From positions 832,001-896,000 of the forward strand of contig CP051526.1 in NCBI GenBank assembly GCA_050916045.1: a DNA stretch of 64,000 bases, read 5' to 3'. This stretch comes from Tepidisphaera sp. (lineage in GTDB: Bacteria; Planctomycetota; Phycisphaerae; Phycisphaerales; UBA1924). The notes under the pieces are model-generated. The model ran no database searches. It was given only the letters and a program-made list of their open reading frames with translations, and was not told where the DNA came from. Positions 1-8,826 of this stretch are shown here, one piece after another. Positions within the stretch are counted from its first letter, which is position 1. Each line of letters begins with the position of its first letter. A program made the position numbers and the translations under genes.

Positions 1-1
1 G

Positions 2-145
2 CCCAACGACCCGCGCCGCCACGTCATCTCGCTCAACTCCAAGCGGTGGCGCGACCTGGACGGCCGCGACCTGGTCGTGAAGATCACCTCCGACGGTGTC
101 GTTCGCGAGACCAAGGAATCCAACGTGGAACCCACGGAATTCTGA
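2..145 (+). CDS. 3' end of a hypothetical protein (partial at window edge)
   Basis: Open frame PNDPRRHVISLNSKRWRDLDGRDLVVKITSDGVVRETKESNVEPTEF ending TGA at 143-145, with genome-typical codon usage. Confidence 0.6.
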   Translation, partial: PNDPRRHVISLNSKRWRDLDGRDLVVKITSDGVVRETKESNVEPTEF

Positions 146-188
146 TCCGGCACGCGACCTCCGTCGCCGGAGCGCCGCGCATTTGACC

Positions 189-3100
189 ATGAACACCTGG
201 GGCTCTTACGAATCGGTGAAGGAACTGGCCCAGAGCGGGCTGGGCTTTCTATGGTCCGCCCGGCCGAAGAACGCCGTCGTTCAGGGCGAGTCCTACATCA
301 TCAAGACCACCGAGGGCTTGGCGATCCTCGGCGACCCCGAGCGACTCGAACGCGAGTCGGCTCTCTTCCTCGAGTCCGCGCAGGTCCAGAAAAAAGTCTC
401 CGACTCCGGAGCGTCCCACTGGGTCAAGCTCCACGAATTCGGCAAGACCGACGCCGGCGCGTTCTACGTCGCCGACCTCTACGCGCGAAGCGTGCAGAAG
501 ATCGTCGCTCGCGGCATCCGCCTCGACGCCCGCTCGCTGAGCACGGTCGTCCACGCCGTCGTCGACGGCCTGCTCGAGCTTCGCTCCGCCCTCGGCCGGG
601 CCCACGGCAACCTCAAGCCCTCCAACGTCATGATCGGCGGCCCCGACGGACCGACCGTCGAGGACGCGCCCGTCCTGCTCACCGATCCCAAGCCCGATTC
701 CACCGTTTCGCCGCGGGACGCGGAAGCCGACCTCAACGCGCTGGGCCGGTTGATCTATGAGCTTGTGATGCTCCGCCCCGTGCGCGACCGCACGACGATC
801 TCCGTCAGTCTCTCTGACGACTGGTCGCGATTGGGCTCCTCCGCGCTGCAATGGGTCGATCTCTGCAACCTGCTCATGGGCGGCATCCCCGGCCGGCCGA
901 TGCCGGACCTGGACGAGGTCCGCGGGATGATCCCCTCGGCCGCTTCGGTCGCCCGAAAGACCAAAGCCGGCCTCATCGGCGTCGCCGTCCTGCTCATCCT
1001 CGCCGCCGGCGGCACGGCAGCCTATTTTGCCACCCGCAAGCCAGCCGAAATCGTCGCGCCCCGCCCCGTCGCCCTCAGCCTCCCCGAACTGGACACGCAG
1101 TGGACCACGTTCGTCATGGACTGGTCCGGGTGGTTCGGCGATCCGCGCCGCACCGATCTTGCCACCAAGCTCGGCGCGCTCCCCGCTGAGACCCGCGCCA
1201 AGCTTCCCGAAGGACTGACCGCCGCCCTCCGCGTCACCGGCAATCTCGTCTCCCCCGACGCCGCGAGTAACCGCTCGCGTCTCTCCGAAGTGCGACAGTT
1301 CTCGCCCTCCAGACGCTTGGAGGAAATCCCCGAACGCGACCGGAAAGCCTGGGTCGACGACCTCTCCGAATCCGTTCGCGCCGTCAGCGAAGCGCGTTCT
1401 CTCATCACCAAAGCCCTCGACGCCGAAGCACTCGGCAAGCTCAAGCAGGACTGGGAGGCTCGCGGTTGGACGCCCGCCGCGGCGCGACTCGACAGCGCGA
1501 TCTCCGTCGCCCGCCGCCTCGCCGACGCATCCAAAAGCGAGAACGACCTCCCCGGCCCGGGAGACATCGCCGACGCGCTCGCGTCCGTCGCCGACGCGGC
1601 CCGCGTTCAGGAAGCCCTCGCGAAAATCGAGCCCGTCCGGGCCAAACTCGCCGAGTCCGGCGACGAGGTCCTCGCGAAGTTCGCTTACGTCGTGGACCGC
1701 GAGGGCGCAAAGGTCCTCGCCGCCGACTCCAGCGGTCTCGGCCCGCTCATCGCTTCCCTGAACGCCATGGAACGCAAGGGCGCCGAAGCCGCGTCCCTCG
1801 TGGCGGCCGCCGACCGCGACATCGTCTCGCTCCGCGCCACCGAGACGTACAACGAACTGAAAGCGTCGACGGATCTCGACTCCGCCAAACTCGATCGCTG
1901 GCTCGCCACGCTCCGCGATGACACGTACCGCGTCCTCCCCGAAGCCGAGCTGGCGCAGATCGAAGGCCGCCGCACGGCTCTTGCGACCAAGATCAAGACG
2001 ATGGTTGCCGACCTCGACCGCGCGGTCGAGAAGAAACGCAAGTTCCCGGGCGATCCGCCGGAAAAGACGAAAGCCTCGCTGAACACCATCGCCGACGAGC
2101 TCGCCAAGGTCGGCTTGGATGCGTCTGGAAAGCCGGTGCGTATATCCAAGCAGTCGCGACCCCCGATCGATCAGGCCTACGCCGCGATCGAATCTCGTGT
2201 CGCCGCTTTCGACAACAAGACCTTCATCCCTCGGGGCCTGGCCAACTCCAAGGTTGAGCTTCTTGAGCTTGCCGCCAAGCAGACCTACGCCGCACCCTCG
2301 CTGAAAGCCCTCTGGTCCAAGCTCACCGCCGAGATCTCCAACGATTCCTCCATGGACGTCGGTGATCAGAGCGATCTCCTCCTCGACACGTGGAAGGGCG
2401 TGCTTGACGAGATGGCCAAGCCTGAGTTCCTGCCGATGCTCCAAGCCGCGTCCAACGCGATCGACCGCGCGGCGCTCGACACCCTCGTCGCCGCCAGACG
2501 CGAACGCACCCTCGAAGTGCTCGCGGGCACGCTCACGTCCAAGGACACGCTCGAAAGCCAGTCCGTCAAGTCCGCAAAGAATGCCTACACGACCTGGCGC
2601 GAAGCCGCCCAGAAACAACTCGATTCCGCCGCCGCCGCCGCCCGTGCTCTCGACGAGGGATTCCTCCCCGGCGCGAACGCGGCGAATGACCCGGCGATCC
2701 TCGCTCGTGGTGCGCTCGCCGATGCGGAACTCGCTCCGATCGTCGCTTCGATCAAAGCCCGCTTCGCCGCGCTCGAAGCCATCGCCGCCCAGACCGATAC
2801 CGCCCGTCTGATCGGTCAGATGGAATCGCTGAGCGCCACGCAGGTCGCCGAGCGGCTCGCGGCGTGGCGTCGACTCGCTTCCACGCCTTTCGTCGCCGCC
2901 GACCCGCAGGCCGCCGCTGCTCTCCTCGGCAGAGCTTCCGCACTCGCGACCGCCGCTTCCGACGTGCTCAAGGGCTCGGGTCTTCCCGCGGATCGACAAT
3001 CCGCTCTCCTCAGCGAGATCGCCGCGGGCTCGCCGGCCATCTGGACCCGCTACGCCCGTTTCGCCCTCGCGCTGTCCGACGACCAGGCCCGCGAAGCCGC

Positions 3101-4538
3101 GTTCTCCGCCGCGTTCGCCTCCGCGGCAAGTTTCGGTGCAACCGAAGCGACCGCCGCCGAGATCGCCCCCGCCGCACGCTACAACTGGCGCGTTCTCGCC
3201 GCCAAATCAGCCATCGCCAAGGTCAACCCCGCCGCCGATCCCGCGACCCAGGCTTCCGCCATCGCCGCCGAGTTCGCCAAGGTTGAAGAAGCTTCCAAAC
3301 CCATCGAGTCTCTTCCGCAGGTCGTTTCGTTCATCAAAGCTCTTCGCACCGGCACGACGCCCGAAGCCGGCAAGACCTTCTCGGCTTCCGAGACCGGTCC
3401 CGCGATCTCCTCACTCGCCGCCGCCATGAAGTGGTCCGCCCGCGACGAGGACGACATCGCCATCTACACCGCCGGCCCGCACACGCTCACCTTCATTACC
3501 GTCACCGTCGGCGACGCCGAAGCCCTCGTATCAACCTCGGAGGTGAGCGCCGCGCTCTTCGCCGATGTCCTCAAGGCCGCCGGGATCAAGCCCTCCGACG
3601 CGCCCGAAGCAAGCTCCACCCAGTCGCTTCTCTTCGTCACCTCCGGCGGCCCCGACCCGCGAAGCGGCCCCCGCGTCTGGGCGAGCCCCGACGGCACCGC
3701 GATTCTGGCCGCCGCCGTCCCGGGCGTTCCCGCCGAATGGAACGGCTGGTTCGCTTCCAACGAAACCCTTGAGGCTCCGAAGACGAGCGCCGGCTTCCGC
3801 TGGATCCCCGAGGGCGTCACGATTCCTCCGCCCTCGCTCGATCTTCCGATACAGCAGGTCACCCCCGAAGCCGCAGCGCTCGTCGCCCGCCGCTTGGGCT
3901 GCCGACTCCCCACGCCGGAAGAGTGGGCCGCCGCACGCGCCAGCCCGCTCGCCGACAGTTCATCCAACCTCCGCGACGGAGCATGGAAAGCCGTCCGCGA
4001 TCCCTACGTCGCACAGATCGACGCTTGGAACCGCGACTCACGCAATGAGTTTAACAAGATCGAAGCTCAGCTCCCCTCCGCCGGCATCTTCATCCCGCCC
4101 GCCCAAGCAGGGGCTTTCAACCCCGCGGCCGACGCCGAAGCGACCGGCTCGGACGGCGTGGTGTTCTTCCGTCCGGCGCCGGGGGCGAGCACCAAGTTCA
4201 TGGATCTCGTCGGCAACGTCGCCGAGTTCGTCACCACCGACCCCGCGTCGATGGACAAGCTCCCCAAGGACTGCACCGTCCGCGACGCGTTCAGCCTGTT
4301 CGGATCCAACAACTACGCACCCCTCCGCATCGTTGGCGGATCGGCCCTCACCCCGCCCGCGGGACAGTTCGCGTACGACGTCGCCAAGCCGCAGCCCGTC
4401 GATTCCTCCGCGCGAAGCGGCTTCTCCGATGTCGGCTTCCGCCTCGCCATCACGAAGGAAAGCGGACCCTCCGGCTCACCCTTCGAGCGTGCTCAGAAAG
4501 CCTTCGAGAAGAAGCTCAAGCTGATCGCCGTGCCCTGA
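189..4538 (+). CDS. Membrane-anchored Ser/Thr kinase-like (probable pseudokinase) protein with a long Ala-rich helical region and a C-terminal FGE-sulfatase (SUMF1-like) domain
   Basis: Kinase motifs YIIK and HGNLKPSNV, D-x-x-ALG-x-x-x-YEL; TM segment GLIGVAVLLILAAGGTAAYF; C-terminal CRLPTPEEW, DLVGNVAEF, GGS, VGFRLA. ATG at 189 preferred over the upstream GTG. Confidence 0.8.
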   Translation: MNTWGSYESVKELAQSGLGFLWSARPKNAVVQGESYIIKTTEGLAILGDPERLERESALFLESAQVQKKVSDSGASHWVKLHEFGKTDAGAFYVADLYARSVQKIVARGIRLDARSLSTVVHAVVDGLLELRSALGRAHGNLKPSNVMIGGPDGPTVEDAPVLLTDPKPDSTVSPRDAEADLNALGRLIYELVMLRPVRDRTTISVSLSDDWSRLGSSALQWVDLCNLLMGGIPGRPMPDLDEVRGMIPSAASVARKTKAGLIGVAVLLILAAGGTAAYFATRKPAEIVAPRPVALSLPELDTQWTTFVMDWSGWFGDPRRTDLATKLGALPAETRAKLPEGLTAALRVTGNLVSPDAASNRSRLSEVRQFSPSRRLEEIPERDRKAWVDDLSESVRAVSEARSLITKALDAEALGKLKQDWEARGWTPAAARLDSAISVARRLADASKSENDLPGPGDIADALASVADAARVQEALAKIEPVRAKLAESGDEVLAKFAYVVDREGAKVLAADSSGLGPLIASLNAMERKGAEAASLVAAADRDIVSLRATETYNELKASTDLDSAKLDRWLATLRDDTYRVLPEAELAQIEGRRTALATKIKTMVADLDRAVEKKRKFPGDPPEKTKASLNTIADELAKVGLDASGKPVRISKQSRPPIDQAYAAIESRVAAFDNKTFIPRGLANSKVELLELAAKQTYAAPSLKALWSKLTAEISNDSSMDVGDQSDLLLDTWKGVLDEMAKPEFLPMLQAASNAIDRAALDTLVAARRERTLEVLAGTLTSKDTLESQSVKSAKNAYTTWREAAQKQLDSAAAAARALDEGFLPGANAANDPAILARGALADAELAPIVASIKARFAALEAIAAQTDTARLIGQMESLSATQVAERLAAWRRLASTPFVAADPQAAAALLGRASALATAASDVLKGSGLPADRQSALLSEIAAGSPAIWTRYARFALALSDDQAREAAFSAAFASAASFGATEATAAEIAPAARYNWRVLAAKSAIAKVNPAADPATQASAIAAEFAKVEEASKPIESLPQVVSFIKALRTGTTPEAGKTFSASETGPAISSLAAAMKWSARDEDDIAIYTAGPHTLTFITVTVGDAEALVSTSEVSAALFADVLKAAGIKPSDAPEASSTQSLLFVTSGGPDPRSGPRVWASPDGTAILAAAVPGVPAEWNGWFASNETLEAPKTSAGFRWIPEGVTIPPPSLDLPIQQVTPEAAALVARRLGCRLPTPEEWAAARASPLADSSSNLRDGAWKAVRDPYVAQIDAWNRDSRNEFNKIEAQLPSAGIFIPPAQAGAFNPAADAEATGSDGVVFFRPAPGASTKFMDLVGNVAEFVTTDPASMDKLPKDCTVRDAFSLFGSNNYAPLRIVGGSALTPPAGQFAYDVAKPQPVDSSARSGFSDVGFRLAITKESGPSGSPFERAQKAFEKKLKLIAVP

Positions 4539-4553
4539 CACTCGCCCGCTCGA

Positions 4554-6236
4554 TCAACCCGCCAGCGCCGACACGACTTCCGCCAGCGTCGTATGACCCG
4601 CCGCCGCTTTCGTGTACCCATCCTCGCGAAGCGATGCGAGGTTTCCCTCCGCTTTGGCGTGCTGGGCGATCGCCCGCGCGTTCGTCCGCTGCATCACAAG
4701 CTCGCGGGTGCGGTCGCTCATCCGGAGGAGTTCGTACACGCCGATGCGCCCGCGGAATCCGGTGTTCCGGCACGCCCGGCACCCCGATCCGTGGACCAGC
4801 TTGGTCTCGGGCGTCACAACGAAGTCCGCCGGGATGTCTCCCGGGTGCGGCACATGCGGTGTTGCGCACTCGCGGCAGACCCGCCGCACCAGCCGCTGCG
4901 CCAGAATGCCCTCGACAGAGCTTGAAACCAGGAACGGCTCGACGCCCATGTCGAGAAGCCGCGTCGTCGCTCCCGAAGCGTCGTTGGTGTGAAGCGTGCT
5001 GAAGACCAGGTGGCCCGTCAGCGAAGCTTGGATCGCCGTCTCCGCGGTTTCCTTGTCGCGGATTTCGCCGATCATCACCACGTCCGGGTCGTGACGCAGG
5101 ATCGCGCGAAGCCCCGCCGCGAAATCCAGCCCCACCTGATGGTTCACCTGGATCTGATTCACGCCCTTGACGTGATACTCGACCGGGTCCTCGACCGTGA
5201 TCGCTTTGATCTCATCCGACACGATCTTGTTCAAGCTCGCGTAAAGCGTCGTCGATTTGCCCGACCCCGTCGGCCCGGTGACAAGCAGAATGCCGTGCGG
5301 CCGGTTGATCAGGTCGGCCCACATCCCAAGCACGCCGGGGGGCATGCCGAGCTGGTCCAGCGACATCAGCACCGCCGCTTTCGACAGAATGCGGAGCACC
5401 ACGCCCTCGCCGAAGAGCATCGGGATCGTGCTCACGCGGAGGTCGATCTCTTCCGCCGGCCTTCCCTGCACACGCGACCGGAATGTGATGCGGCCGTCCT
5501 GCGGCTTGCGCTTCTCGGCGATGTTCAGGTTCGCCATGATCTTGAGACGGCTGATGATCGCCGGGCCGAACCGCGAGATCGTGCTCGCGACGTTGGCCCG
5601 CTGAAGGACGCCGTCGATGCGGTAGCGCACCACAAGCTCGTGTTCGTAGGGCTCGACGTGGACGTCCGTCGCCCGCTCGGAGACCGCTTCGCTCAGGATG
5701 TCGTTGACGAGCTTGACGACCGACGCTTCCTGCGCCGCTTCCATCTCGTCCCCGCCGGCCGCTTTCGCTGTCGGCGCGTCCGGCATCCCCGCCGACATCG
5801 CGTCAAGCGTGTCCCCGCCCACGCCGTAGTTCGCCCGGATGAACCCGTGAAGCTCTTCCTCGTCCGCCAGCACCGGCTCGATCGAGAGGCCCGTCAGCAG
5901 CCGAAGCTCGTCCGCCGGCGAAAGATCGAACGGGTCCGCCGTCGCCACTGTCAGCCGCGACCCCTCGCGAGCAATCGGCACGCACCGCCGACCGAAGACG
6001 AACTTCGCCGGCACCAGCGACAACACCGCCGGCTCCACCGTCAGCGACGGCAGGTCCGCCAGCGCCATGTGAAACTGCTCGGCCAGCGCCGCAAGCACCT
6101 GCTCGCGACCAAGCCGCCCCGACCGAACCAGCACCCGGTCCAGCCGATCCCCCGAAGCCACCGCTTCCCCGCGGGCCGCTTCAAGCTCATCCGGAGTGAT
6201 CAGCCCGCGATCAAGCAACGTGACGCCAAGGTCCAT
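4554..6236 (-). CDS. gspE: GspE/PilB family secretion/pilus assembly ATPase
   Basis: Walker A GPTGSGKSTT, TVEDPVEY, LRHDPDVVMIGEIRD, TGHLVFSTLHTND, CxxC...CxxC zinc motif, N-terminal MshEN-like region. Confidence 0.9.
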   Translation of the reverse strand: MDLGVTLLDRGLITPDELEAARGEAVASGDRLDRVLVRSGRLGREQVLAALAEQFHMALADLPSLTVEPAVLSLVPAKFVFGRRCVPIAREGSRLTVATADPFDLSPADELRLLTGLSIEPVLADEEELHGFIRANYGVGGDTLDAMSAGMPDAPTAKAAGGDEMEAAQEASVVKLVNDILSEAVSERATDVHVEPYEHELVVRYRIDGVLQRANVASTISRFGPAIISRLKIMANLNIAEKRKPQDGRITFRSRVQGRPAEEIDLRVSTIPMLFGEGVVLRILSKAAVLMSLDQLGMPPGVLGMWADLINRPHGILLVTGPTGSGKSTTLYASLNKIVSDEIKAITVEDPVEYHVKGVNQIQVNHQVGLDFAAGLRAILRHDPDVVMIGEIRDKETAETAIQASLTGHLVFSTLHTNDASGATTRLLDMGVEPFLVSSSVEGILAQRLVRRVCRECATPHVPHPGDIPADFVVTPETKLVHGSGCRACRNTGFRGRIGVYELLRMSDRTRELVMQRTNARAIAQHAKAEGNLASLREDGYTKAAAGHTTLAEVVSALAG

Positions 6237-6280
6237 GCCGGATGGTATTCGAGCCTCGCCCTGCCCGCTTAGCATTCCCC

Positions 6281-6931
6281 ATGATCCTCCGCACCTCGCT
6301 GATCGTCCTCGCCGCCGCTTCCGCCGCCGTGCTCCCCGCCTGCGAATCCACCAAGATCGCGGTCAAGGAAGCTTTCGGCGTCGCCAAGCGAGACCAGCTC
6401 GTCGCTCGCGTCCAGGAAGCCAAGACCAGCCAGGAAGCCGCCAAGGTCCAGTTTGAGTCCGCTCTCGCCGAGTTCATCGCCGTCACCGGCGTCAAGCCCG
6501 GCGACCTCGAAGGCCAGTACAACAAGATGAAGAAAGCGGCCGACGCCAGCGAGTCCAAAGCCAAAGCCGTCTCCGACCGCATCTCCGCCACCGACACCGT
6601 CGCCAACAAGCTCTTCAAAGAGTGGGAAGCCGAGCTCGATCAGTACAACAGCGAGCAGATGCGTGCCCAAAGCCAGCGCCAGCTCGACGACACCAAAGCC
6701 CAGTACGCGACCCTCCTCGGCAAGATGCGAGCCGCCGAATCCAAGATGAACCCCGTCCTCGGCGCCTTCAAGGACCAGGTCCTCTTCCTCAAGCACAACC
6801 TCAACGCCCGCGCCGTCGCGAGCCTCTCCGAAACCGTCCGAGGCATCGAAGGCGACGTCGCCAAGCTCATCGCCGAAATGAACACCAGCATCGCCGAAGC
6901 CAATCAGTTCATCGAACGCATGGGGCAGTGA
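6281..6931 (+). CDS. DUF2959 family lipoprotein
   Basis: Lipobox-like LPAC; KRDQLVARV...QFESAL, LFKEWEAEL, DQVLFLKHNLNARA, LIAEMNTSIAEANQFI match DUF2959 as I recall it. Confidence 0.8.
   Translation: MILRTSLIVLAAASAAVLPACESTKIAVKEAFGVAKRDQLVARVQEAKTSQEAAKVQFESALAEFIAVTGVKPGDLEGQYNKMKKAADASESKAKAVSDRISATDTVANKLFKEWEAELDQYNSEQMRAQSQRQLDDTKAQYATLLGKMRAAESKMNPVLGAFKDQVLFLKHNLNARAVASLSETVRGIEGDVAKLIAEMNTSIAEANQFIERMGQ
6867..6931 (+). repeat. Direct repeat copy 1 (last 65 nt of the DUF2959 gene)
   Basis: Matches 8677-8741 at 62/65 nt; perfect 52-nt core 6878-6929 = 8688-8739. Confidence 0.95.
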
Positions 6932-6980
6932 GGCGATACTGGCCAGCATTCCAAGCGCCGCTGTTGGGAACGCAGCGTGT

Positions 6981-7538
6981 TTAGGTCAGGCCAGCTTCTC
7001 GCAGCGAGCGCACCGCGTCCGACCCTTCAACCTGCGGGTCATCGGCCCAGACGACGGGCGACATCGGCATCACCCGCATGCCTTGATCGAATCTCGCCAC
7101 CAGTCGGTCCGGCACCCAGACGAGCAGCGCGTGCGACCCGTGCAGGCCGCGCTTGGCTTCCGTCAAACACGCCACCCAAAGGTCCCACCCCGGGCAGTCT
7201 CCGTTGTCGAACAGCCCTTCCGTTTCGAACGCGGCGAGCTGGCAGTAGTCTGAAATGTCAAGGCCATAGATGGCCCACCGTCCCGCGACATCAGCCGGCG
7301 AAAGTGCCGAAGGACCGAGCAAGTCCCTCCTTCGAGCGGAAACAGTCGCGAGCATCGAGTCCATGCAGCCTCGAGAGCAGCCCGTTCCCATCCAAGCCTT
7401 CCACAACTCCGCCGCAGGAACCACCCCGGGCGAGATTTCCGGCGACTGAGCATCCGCAGGTCCATCAGGATGCATGCGGTGCCACTCCCGCACCTCCGAC
7501 GCCCGCTGTTTCAGCAAGCTGACTTCGGACGTGCTCAC
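6981..7538 (-). CDS. Hypothetical protein (Trp/Asp-rich, LFDNGDCPGWDLWVA motif)
   Basis: GTG at 7538 overlaps the upstream stop (GTGA coupling) and is preceded by GGAG. Confidence 0.65.
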   Translation of the reverse strand: MSTSEVSLLKQRASEVREWHRMHPDGPADAQSPEISPGVVPAAELWKAWMGTGCSRGCMDSMLATVSARRRDLLGPSALSPADVAGRWAIYGLDISDYCQLAAFETEGLFDNGDCPGWDLWVACLTEAKRGLHGSHALLVWVPDRLVARFDQGMRVMPMSPVVWADDPQVEGSDAVRSLREAGLT

Positions 7539-8626
7539 GCTCCATGCTCCGATGCTCGCCGCAAGTCCGCTTGCGTCGGCGGCAGGACGTGTTCGTGCCA
7601 CGGCTTGCTCACGTGCTGCGTCCAGATCCTGTCTTCAAAAACCCTGGCATACCTCTTGATCTCACGCGTTGCGGCGTCGAAGAAGTACTCGGGCCCGACC
7701 AGAAGCGAACCCCGTCGTGCTGACGTTTCAAAGCGGATTCCTCGCCGTGGCGGAAGGCTCACTTTCCAGTTCTCCCACCCCGTCGCAGGGTCGATGCTGT
7801 GAAGACACTCGTAGCCGTACGTGAGAATCTGCCCACGGTCAGCGTCGTACGAGAGGCCGTAAGAGTGACTTTCCTCCGACTCACGCGGGAAAGTCCATCG
7901 CACCACGCCCCGATCATCAAACGCCCAGATGTCGCCGCCGGTTTCCGCAAGCACAAGAAGCCCGGGCGGCCAGCAGACGCCATAGACATCCGGATCATGG
8001 TGCCCCAACGCGTGGACCGCGGCACGACCTTCCTCGCTGATCGTCGAAACGTCGTTGACCTTTGGCGGCGGCCCTGGGATCGTCGCTTTCCACAGGCGTT
8101 TGTCATTGGCGTCGCGGCACTCCGATCTGCTGCCAAACCCGGAAACAAAGCACGCATCGGCCCGACCGGGGTCGGCCTTCCCTGCACCTTGCTGAAAGCT
8201 GACGTCCCACTTGCTTCGGATCCGGCGAACGGTCGCGCCGTCGGACCACCGAACGACGGACGCGCCGCCCACAGCGCGACAGACGGTGACCATCTCCGGA
8301 CCCGGTCCGCACAGCATGATCTGGGGCTTGAGCAAGTCCGGGCGTTCCCAGAGCAACTGTCCCGTCACCGTCTCGTAGCACCGAACACCCGAGCCGTGCG
8401 GCTTCTGACGCACGCCGCCTTCGTAGCAACCCGTGCAGAGCCTGCTTCCGTCGGGCGACAGCGCAAGCCGCCGGCCTCCGAAACTATGCACGAGATCGTG
8501 CTCGGCAATCACCTCGCCGGTCGGGAAGCGCCGAACCCAGAGGTGCTTGCTCGCATTGGCATGCACGACAACGGTGGCGTCCTCGTTGATCGCCATGTCG
8601 TGAACATAGTGCCAAGTCTCCGACAT
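7535..8626 (-). CDS. WD40/PQQ-like beta-propeller protein
   Basis: Repeated blade motifs LALSPDGSRL, YETVTGQLLWER, AFDDRGVVRWT, IDPATGWENWK; TATGAT 7 nt before ATG 8626. Confidence 0.7.
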   Translation of the reverse strand: MSETWHYVHDMAINEDATVVVHANASKHLWVRRFPTGEVIAEHDLVHSFGGRRLALSPDGSRLCTGCYEGGVRQKPHGSGVRCYETVTGQLLWERPDLLKPQIMLCGPGPEMVTVCRAVGGASVVRWSDGATVRRIRSKWDVSFQQGAGKADPGRADACFVSGFGSRSECRDANDKRLWKATIPGPPPKVNDVSTISEEGRAAVHALGHHDPDVYGVCWPPGLLVLAETGGDIWAFDDRGVVRWTFPRESEESHSYGLSYDADRGQILTYGYECLHSIDPATGWENWKVSLPPRRGIRFETSARRGSLLVGPEYFFDAATREIKRYARVFEDRIWTQHVSKPWHEHVLPPTQADLRRASEHGA

Positions 8627-8676
8627 CGGCAGTATCATACCAGCTCAAGCAAAACGAAGGAGTTTCGTGGAGGTCT

Positions 8677-8741
8677 TCATCGCTGAGATGAACACCAGCA
8701 TCGCCGAAGCCAATCAGTTCATCGAACGCATGGGGCAGTAA
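8677..8741 (+). repeat. Direct repeat copy 2 (orphan DUF2959 3' end)
   Basis: Encodes the same IAEMNTSIAEANQFIERMGQ-stop; 3 differences, all synonymous (GCC/GCT, GAA/GAG, TGA/TAA). Confidence 0.95.
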
Positions 8742-8774
8742 GCGCGAGCGAGGTGTCCGGATCGCGGTCTTCAA

Positions 8775-8823
8775 TTTGAGATGTCAGGTTTGAAATTTCA
8801 AATTTCAAATTCCAAATCTCAAA
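8775..8823. repeat. AT-rich heptamer array with inverted symmetry
   Basis: tttgaga tgtcagg tttgaaa | tttcaaa tttcaaa ttccaaa tctcaaa. Confidence 0.85.
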
Positions 8824-8826
8824 CCG

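Larger units (their letters stand above)
6932..8741. mobile_element. Small inserted cassette/islet flanked by a duplicated gene 3' end (no integrase)
   Basis: Bounded by the 65-bp direct repeats; carries two coupled minus-strand ORFs with less biased codon usage than the flanks. Confidence 0.5.

Noticed and set aside
249..2999. Long antisense or alternate-frame ORFs (e.g. 249..2999, 8863..12225, 15081..16634, 42340..44238, 48176..50692, 53349..55601)
   Set aside because: Shadow ORFs of high-GC genes: Arg/His/Gly-rich nonsense composition, no motifs, fully overlapping well-supported genes
4200..4538. FGE/CLec-fold C-terminus as a diversity-generating retroelement target
   Set aside because: No template repeat or reverse transcriptase seen in the window; the 65-bp repeat elsewhere is unrelated and its differences are not adenine-specific
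8775..8823. Short repeat arrays as CRISPR
   Set aside because: Periods are 7-8 nt with no spacers, and no cas genes are present
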